Origin: Candidatus Poribacteria bacterium
Lineage (GTDB): Bacteria; Poribacteria; WGA-4E; JAJDTR01
Reading direction: 5' to 3'
DNA length: 64,000 bases
NCBI GenBank assembly: GCA_965222225.1
Contig: CBDCTK010000002.1
Coordinates: 256,001-320,000 of the forward strand
A program made the position numbers and the translations under genes. Below, one piece after another: positions 57,660-64,000 of this stretch. The first letter of the stretch is position 1; each line of letters opens with the position of its first letter. A model generated the notes under the pieces. The model searched no databases and had not been told where the DNA came from. It saw only the letters and a list, made by a program, of their open reading frames with translations.

Positions 57660-58391
57660 ATGAGAGAGGAAATATTCTACGGCGAAGGGTTGCCTTACGT
57701 TGACACTACCGATCTGAGTGGAAAACTGATTGTCATCGAAGGTACTGATGGAGTCGGTAGATCTACTCAAATCGAGGGTACTAATGAAAGCGGCAAATCG
57801 ACGCCGATCGAAGGGTTGAAAAAATGGCTTGAGGTACAAGGCTACGGTGTGGTCAGCACGGGTTGGACGCGATCGCCACTATTGGGGCCCGCAATTGATG
57901 CGATCAAGCAGGGAAACACGTTGAACCAAATTACGTACAGCATTCTATATGCAGCCGATTTTGCCGATCGTCTCGAAAACGTGATTATTCCAGCCCTGAA
58001 GGGTGGTTTTATCGTTCTTGCCGATCGCTATATGTACACAGCCTTCGCGCGTCATGTCGTTCGAGGTGTCGATCCACAATGGCTTCGCGGAATCTATGGA
58101 TTCGCCCCGCTACCCGACCTTGTAATTTATTTGAAAATTGGACTTGAGGGCTTGATTCAACGCACCTTCACTTCCGGGAGAAGTATGAAATATTGGGAAT
58201 CCGGTATGGACATCGGCTTTCGTGGCGGTCTGTATGAAAGTTTCGCCGAATATCAAACTCTTGTCCTTGAAGAGTTTGACAAAATGACCGATGAGTTTGG
58301 ATTCACAGTGCTTGACGCATCGCCCAAAATCGAGCAGGTAAATCAAAACCTCAAAGAGGTAATTGGAGAGTTCCTCACGACTTCGAGCTAG
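57660..58391 (+). CDS. Thymidylate kinase-like protein B with a duplicated P-loop
   Basis: IEGTDGVGRSTQ-IEGTNESGKSTP, DFADRL, ADRY and YWESGMD; clearly paralogous to the upstream gene. Confidence 0.85.
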   Translation: MREEIFYGEGLPYVDTTDLSGKLIVIEGTDGVGRSTQIEGTNESGKSTPIEGLKKWLEVQGYGVVSTGWTRSPLLGPAIDAIKQGNTLNQITYSILYAADFADRLENVIIPALKGGFIVLADRYMYTAFARHVVRGVDPQWLRGIYGFAPLPDLVIYLKIGLEGLIQRTFTSGRSMKYWESGMDIGFRGGLYESFAEYQTLVLEEFDKMTDEFGFTVLDASPKIEQVNQNLKEVIGEFLTTSS

Positions 58392-58561
58392 CAACCGCTG
58401 GGCGATGTAATGTTGCTGGTCTCATTCCGTGATCGAAGCAGCTGTTTCTTCCAAGTTCGACCTGAAATGATACTTAACGCTTTTCAAGATTCCTGCCGTC
58501 ATGTCTGCTGCCGAGCCACTCAGGAAAAATATGAATTGCGTATTACTCACAAGGGAAGTTC

Positions 58562-61500
58562 ATGCCTCAAGAATATATTGACATCGGCGGCGCATGCGAA
58601 CATAATCTCAAGAATATCAGCCTTCGACTCCCGAAGGATAAACTAATTGTCTTCACTGGTGTCAGCGGTTCCGGCAAGTCCTCACTAGCGTTTGATACGA
58701 TCTACGCTGAAGGCCAACGCCGCTATATCGAATCCCTTTCCGCATACGCCCGTCAATTCCTTGGCCAACTGGAACGACCTGATGTCGACTTCATCAGTGG
58801 CCTCTCCCCCTCAATTTCAATTGACCAAAAATCCACAGGACACAACCCTCGTTCAACTGTAGCAACTGTTACAGAGATTTATGACTACCTGCGCGTTCTC
58901 TTCGCGCGCGTCGGTACACCGCATTGTCTCGAATGTGGTCGCCCCGTGGGAGCTCAAACAGGAGATGCGATTGTCGATCAGATTGTGGGTTTTCCGGAGC
59001 GGACGCGAATACTCATTTTAGCGCCAATTGTGAGCGGTCGTCGCGGGGAGTATCGTGAAGACTTGGCAGACGCGAGAAAAGCCGGATTCGTTCGCGCGAG
59101 GATCGATGGGCAGATATACGAACTGGCGGATGAAATCCAGCTTAATCGGAACCAACGGCACGACATTGAGCTTGTCGTCGATAGGCTCATCATCAAACCC
59201 GATATCCGCAGTCGAGTCGCTGAAGCCGTTGAGACCGCATTGCGAATGGGGAATGGTCGGCTTATCGTCCACATCGTCTCAACTCCCGACTCTATGGAGG
59301 AGGGAGAGAAGGGTGACGAACAGCCGAGTTCCGCAGATCTTTTGTTCAGCAAGGACTATACCTGCGTTCACTGTAACATCAGCTATGAACCCCCTGCGCC
59401 CCGTCATTTTTCCTTCAACAGTCCGGCTGGCATGTGCCCATCATGCAAGGGCTTAGGGAACAAAACGGAAATGTCACCGGACCTGGTCGTACCCGATCCA
59501 ACCAAGTCCATTCAAGAAGGTGCGATTGTCTTTTGGGGAACGCTTGATACCCTCCAGACCCGCCATCTCGCCTTTAGTGTGGCGGACTATCTTGGATTTG
59601 ACATTGATACCCCTTGGAAAGATTTGACCGAGGAGCAACGACACATCGTCCTTTACGGTACCGGGAACAAGAAAATCCCGTTCGTTTATCAAACTCGCCG
59701 AAATCGTCGCCTTAAATACACAGCGCCGTATGAGGGTGTTATTCCCCCTGAAGAGCGGAAGTATTTCCAAAGCAATTCAGAGTTACACAAGCGGTATCTG
59801 TCGAAATACATGGTCTCGGGGGCATGTCCCGAGTGCCATGGACAGCGGCTTAAGCCTGAAGTCAAGTCAGTATCAATTGCGGGAAAATCAATTCTTGATG
59901 TCGTCGCCATGACAATCAGTAATAGTCTTGAATTCTTTGAAAAACTTCAGTTGTCCGAGCGTGAGGCATTTATTGCAACCGATTTGCTCAAAGAGATTAA
60001 GGGACGTATTGGGTTCTTGATTAACGTTGGTCTGCACTATCTAACACTAGACCGCACAGCGCCAACACTTTCCGGTGGAGAATCGCAGCGAATTCGATTG
60101 GCAAGTCAGGTGGGTGCCGGCTTACGCGGCGTAATTTATGTGCTTGATGAACCGAGTATCGGGTTGCATCCACGAGATAATGCGCATCTACTCGCGACGC
60201 TGCAACTCCTTAGAGATCAGGGAAACACGGTCATTGTTGTTGAACACGACGAGGACACGATGTGGGCTGGAGATTTAATCGTGGACTTCGGGCCGGGACC
60301 GGGGGTTAAGGGCGGAGAGATTTCTGCCATTGGTACGCCTCAAGAATTGCTTGACAACTCGAATACGCTGACAGCACAGTATCTGCGCGGTGAACAACGG
60401 ATTGACATCCCGGTCGAGCGCCGGTTTGTCGGTGACCGTTGGCTTGAAATCGCCGGTGCGCGTCACAACAATCTCAAGAATATTGATGTGCGAGTCCCCA
60501 TCGGCAGTTTTACCTGCGTAACCGGAGTGAGCGGGTCGGGCAAGAGTTCCTTGATTAACGATATCCTGTATGAGGCGCTCGCACGTGAGTTGATGAAAGC
60601 GCACGGCGATCCTGGGAATCACAAGGCGATACGAGTGCTCATGTGCGAAAACGAGGATATGGAGAATCCAGAACCTGAGAGTCTCGACACAGATTTTGAA
60701 GAGTTCTCAAGCCAGAACTTTGAGTCAGCCCCATCCGAGTCCTTTCAATCGGAGTTGTCTAGCCTCCAGGTGCCAGTCGTTAGTATAATCGACAAAGTCA
60801 TCGACATTGATCAAGCGCCCATCGGACGAACTCCTAGGTCCAACCCCGCTACCTATACCAAAGTATTCGATCGCATTCGAGCGCTATATGCCGAACTTGC
60901 CGACTCAAAGCTGCGGGGATATAAGCCAGGGAGGTTTAGTTTTAATGTCTCTGGGGGCCGCTGCGAAGCGTGCCAGGGTAACGGTGCACGGCGTATCGAA
61001 ATGCACTTCTTGGCGGACGTTTGGGTGAAATGCAACGTTTGTCACGGTCGGCGGTACAACGAAGAAACGTTGCAAGTAAAATACCGCGACAAAAGCATTG
61101 TAGATGCGCTGAACATGGATGTACAAGAAGCGCTAGAGCACTTTGCCAATGTACCCTCGATTGCGCATGTTCTCCAAACACTGCACGAGGTGGGATTGGA
61201 TTATATCAAACTCGGTCAACCTGCCCCGACACTCTCCGGCGGGGAGGCGCAACGGATTAAGCTTGCGCGCGAACTTGCCAAACGCAGCACGGGAAAAACG
61301 CTCTACATTCTTGATGAGCCGACGACAGGGTTGCATTTCGACGATGTCAAGAAGTTATTGGATGTATTGCATCGGCTCGTTGACAAGGGTAACACTGTTG
61401 TCGTGGTCGAGCACAATCTGGAAGTTGTCAAAACGGCGGACTACGTAATTGACCTTGGTCCCGAAGGCGGTGAGGAGGGCGGGTACGTTGTAGCCCTTGG

Positions 61501-64000
61501 CCGCCCGGAAGATGTAGCAGAAATAGATGAATCATACACAGGGCAAGCATTAAAGAAGATTTTGGACGGTGGAAGAAATGATGAACGCATGCCTCACGCC
61601 TATCAATCTGCGTCATCCTTGCCCGCTAGTATCAGTGAGGAGCAGATGGTAGCGACTTCCGGTGGCGCGCTGCGCGAGACCGGATCCACGTATCAAACTG
61701 AGCAAGTTAGTGAAGGAATCAACAATCGTCGACATATATCTGTGCACGGTGCGCGGGAACATAACTTGAAAGATGTGGACGTGGATATCCCCCATCGGAA
61801 GCTGACAACACTTACGGGAGTAAGCGGCTCAGGCAAGACTTCCTTGGCGCTAGACACTATTTTTGCCGAAGGTCAGCGACGGTATGTCGAATCCCTATCA
61901 GCTTATGCTCGTCAGTTCCTTGGGCAACTCCAGAAACCGAAGGTCGAAAAAATCGAAGGGCTTTCGCCCGCCATTGCAATCGAACAGAAACCTCCAAGTC
62001 AAAACCCGCGGTCAACCGTAGGAACGGTAACAGAGATTTATGACTATTTGCGCGTTTTGTACGCACGCGCTGGAAATCCGCACTGTCCGAAATGCGGGGC
62101 GGAAGTTGGTGCTCAAACACTTCAACAAATTGTCGATAAGATTGCAACGTTGCCGGTCGGAACACGGGTGTACATTCTCTCGCCACTGGTCTTAAGGAAC
62201 AACGAAGACTATCCGGCGGCATTTCGCCGGTTACAAAAGGAGGGCTATGCGCGTCTTGAGATAAACGGCGAGATTGTCCCGCTTGACAAGACGCCTAAAA
62301 TAGGCAAGACCATCAAGCACGATGTCAAAATAGTAGTTGATCGCATGGCACTTGACCCCGAAGAGCAGGGGAGATTGTCGGAAGCTGTCGAGATTGCACT
62401 CAACCAAAGTAACGGCGTCGTTGTTCTCAAGACCGACGATACGGCATTTAGTCCAATTTTTTTCAGTGTACACTCCGCCTGCCTCTCCTGCGAGATAAGT
62501 TTCCCGGAGTTGACGCCGCGCCACTTTTCATTCAATAGTCCGCTGGGACAGTGTCCACAGTGCGAAGGAATTGGAACATATTACAGTGGACAGCGAAGCT
62601 GTGGGGAGTGCAACGGCACACGCATCCAGCCTTTCCCACGACATGTGCAAATTTGCCACAAAACCATAGCGGATGTCACGGCTATGTCCATTGGAGAGGC
62701 AACGCAGTTTTTCGCAGACCCTCGAGAGGAGGGGACGAATAGCACGACACATGTGACGCAGGAGATGCTGCCCCATCAGGTCGAGATTGCGCGTAATCTC
62801 TTGAATGAGATTCAAAACCGTCTTCAATTCCTTATGGACGTGGGACTTCACTATTTGACGTTGGATCGCCCTGCACCGACGCTTTCAGGCGGCGAGATGG
62901 AGCGAATTCGACTGGCGAGCCAGCTTGGCAGCGGGCTAACGGGTGTAACCTATATTCTGGACGAGCCCAGTGTCGGGTTACACCAGCGCGATCAGGAGCG
63001 ATTATTGAGAGCTTTAGCGCATCTTCGAGATCTCGGAAACAGCGTACTCGTAGTTGAGCATGATATGGAGACGATGTTGTTGTCCGACCATATCGTCGAT
63101 TTTGGTCCCGGCGCGGGCAAACTTGGTGGCGAGGTTGTCAGCACCGGTTCGCCGGATGAAATTAAAGAAGACGAAAACTCGGTTACGGGGCGTTATTTGG
63201 CTGGAACGATAAAAATAGATGTTCCCAAAACGCGGCGATCCGGAAAAGGAGAATGGCTTGAAATCACTAACGCTCAAACGAATAATCTCAAATCGATTGA
63301 CGCGAAGATTCCTTTGGGAACTCTCACATGCGTGACTGGGGTTTCCGGCTCAGGTAAGAGTTCCCTCATTGAAGAAACCCTATACCCCGCTTTGGCAACC
63401 GACTTGAATAAAACAAAGATGCGGACCGGAAAGTATAAATCAATCCTCGGAATGCAGCACCTTGACAAACTGATTAACATTAATCAGCAACCGATAGGCG
63501 AAACACCTCGATCCAACCCGGCGACCTACACCGATATTTTCACGAAGGTGCGGTATCTTTTCGCCGAACTGCCGGAAGCAAAGACGCGAGGGTTCGATTC
63601 CAGGCGATTCAGTTTTAACTTAAAAGACGGACAGTGTGAGAACTGCCACGGACATGGACATACCCGCGTTGAAATGCACTTTTTGGCTGATGTCTGGGTA
63701 AAATGTGAAACCTGCAGCGGCACAGGTTACAATCACGAGACTCTACAAATCCGCTACAAAGGGAAGAATATCGCTGAAATCCTTGATATGACGGTAAGCG
63801 AAGCTTTAGATCACTTTCAAAATGTAGCTACAATCCGCAAGCCGTTACAGATGCTTTACGATGTCGGCTTGGACTACATCGAACTCGGACAGGCAGCGAC
63901 AACCCTATCCGGCGGCGAGGCACAGCGCGTCAAACTGGCGAGCGAACTTGCCAAACGAAGTACGGGCAAAACCATCTTTATCATGGATGAACCAACCACC
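58562..64000 (+). CDS. uvrA: Double-length excinuclease ABC subunit A (two fused UvrA units), truncated by the window end
   Basis: Read from ATG 58562: MPQEYIDIGGACEHNLKN...GVSGSGKSSLAFDTIYAEGQRRY; a second unit GAREHNLK...GVSGSGKTSLALDTIFAEGQRRY starts near 61735 in the same frame with a stop-free linker; four GVSGSGK motifs; absent from the ORF track, as expected for an ORF open to the window edge. Confidence 0.93.
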   Translation, partial: MPQEYIDIGGACEHNLKNISLRLPKDKLIVFTGVSGSGKSSLAFDTIYAEGQRRYIESLSAYARQFLGQLERPDVDFISGLSPSISIDQKSTGHNPRSTVATVTEIYDYLRVLFARVGTPHCLECGRPVGAQTGDAIVDQIVGFPERTRILILAPIVSGRRGEYREDLADARKAGFVRARIDGQIYELADEIQLNRNQRHDIELVVDRLIIKPDIRSRVAEAVETALRMGNGRLIVHIVSTPDSMEEGEKGDEQPSSADLLFSKDYTCVHCNISYEPPAPRHFSFNSPAGMCPSCKGLGNKTEMSPDLVVPDPTKSIQEGAIVFWGTLDTLQTRHLAFSVADYLGFDIDTPWKDLTEEQRHIVLYGTGNKKIPFVYQTRRNRRLKYTAPYEGVIPPEERKYFQSNSELHKRYLSKYMVSGACPECHGQRLKPEVKSVSIAGKSILDVVAMTISNSLEFFEKLQLSEREAFIATDLLKEIKGRIGFLINVGLHYLTLDRTAPTLSGGESQRIRLASQVGAGLRGVIYVLDEPSIGLHPRDNAHLLATLQLLRDQGNTVIVVEHDEDTMWAGDLIVDFGPGPGVKGGEISAIGTPQELLDNSNTLTAQYLRGEQRIDIPVERRFVGDRWLEIAGARHNNLKNIDVRVPIGSFTCVTGVSGSGKSSLINDILYEALARELMKAHGDPGNHKAIRVLMCENEDMENPEPESLDTDFEEFSSQNFESAPSESFQSELSSLQVPVVSIIDKVIDIDQAPIGRTPRSNPATYTKVFDRIRALYAELADSKLRGYKPGRFSFNVSGGRCEACQGNGARRIEMHFLADVWVKCNVCHGRRYNEETLQVKYRDKSIVDALNMDVQEALEHFANVPSIAHVLQTLHEVGLDYIKLGQPAPTLSGGEAQRIKLARELAKRSTGKTLYILDEPTTGLHFDDVKKLLDVLHRLVDKGNTVVVVEHNLEVVKTADYVIDLGPEGGEEGGYVVALGRPEDVAEIDESYTGQALKKILDGGRNDERMPHAYQSASSLPASISEEQMVATSGGALRETGSTYQTEQVSEGINNRRHISVHGAREHNLKDVDVDIPHRKLTTLTGVSGSGKTSLALDTIFAEGQRRYVESLSAYARQFLGQLQKPKVEKIEGLSPAIAIEQKPPSQNPRSTVGTVTEIYDYLRVLYARAGNPHCPKCGAEVGAQTLQQIVDKIATLPVGTRVYILSPLVLRNNEDYPAAFRRLQKEGYARLEINGEIVPLDKTPKIGKTIKHDVKIVVDRMALDPEEQGRLSEAVEIALNQSNGVVVLKTDDTAFSPIFFSVHSACLSCEISFPELTPRHFSFNSPLGQCPQCEGIGTYYSGQRSCGECNGTRIQPFPRHVQICHKTIADVTAMSIGEATQFFADPREEGTNSTTHVTQEMLPHQVEIARNLLNEIQNRLQFLMDVGLHYLTLDRPAPTLSGGEMERIRLASQLGSGLTGVTYILDEPSVGLHQRDQERLLRALAHLRDLGNSVLVVEHDMETMLLSDHIVDFGPGAGKLGGEVVSTGSPDEIKEDENSVTGRYLAGTIKIDVPKTRRSGKGEWLEITNAQTNNLKSIDAKIPLGTLTCVTGVSGSGKSSLIEETLYPALATDLNKTKMRTGKYKSILGMQHLDKLININQQPIGETPRSNPATYTDIFTKVRYLFAELPEAKTRGFDSRRFSFNLKDGQCENCHGHGHTRVEMHFLADVWVKCETCSGTGYNHETLQIRYKGKNIAEILDMTVSEALDHFQNVATIRKPLQMLYDVGLDYIELGQAATTLSGGEAQRVKLASELAKRSTGKTIFIMDEPTT

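Noticed and set aside
58978-63723. Many short ORFs listed in the last 5 kb
   Set aside because: All are alternative-frame or antisense ORFs within the continuous uvrA reading frame.

Overview
A 64-kb bacterial chromosomal window. Most of it is housekeeping and metabolic genes: an EF-G paralog, class II ribonucleotide reductase with nrdR, type 2 ileS, aroC, ppx, a ROK kinase, two Tmk-like kinases, and a double-length uvrA that runs off the right end. A roughly 12-kb defence locus (30171-42180) contains Mrr and a type I R-M system whose hsdM is frameshifted and IS-truncated. Between hsdS and hsdR sit a DUF433/DUF5615 toxin-antitoxin pair, an ABC-ATPase plus TOPRIM-like pair and a tandem-DUF433 protein. 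There is also an envelope cluster of a giant TPR protein, an apparently plug-less beta-barrel, ExbB/TolQ and a TonB-like protein, with no ExbD. Two IS701-family copies encode the same transposase, and intergenic DNA carries MITEs and many REP-like palindromes. The best-supported unannotated element is a leader-peptide transcription attenuator (four consecutive Ile codons) upstream of an ileS with the non-canonical GVHH/EMHKS motifs. No rRNA, tRNA or CRISPR array was seen. The repeat style and one protein module suggest a Poribacteria-like organism, which is unverified inference. All family assignments come from motif recognition by eye, not database searches.
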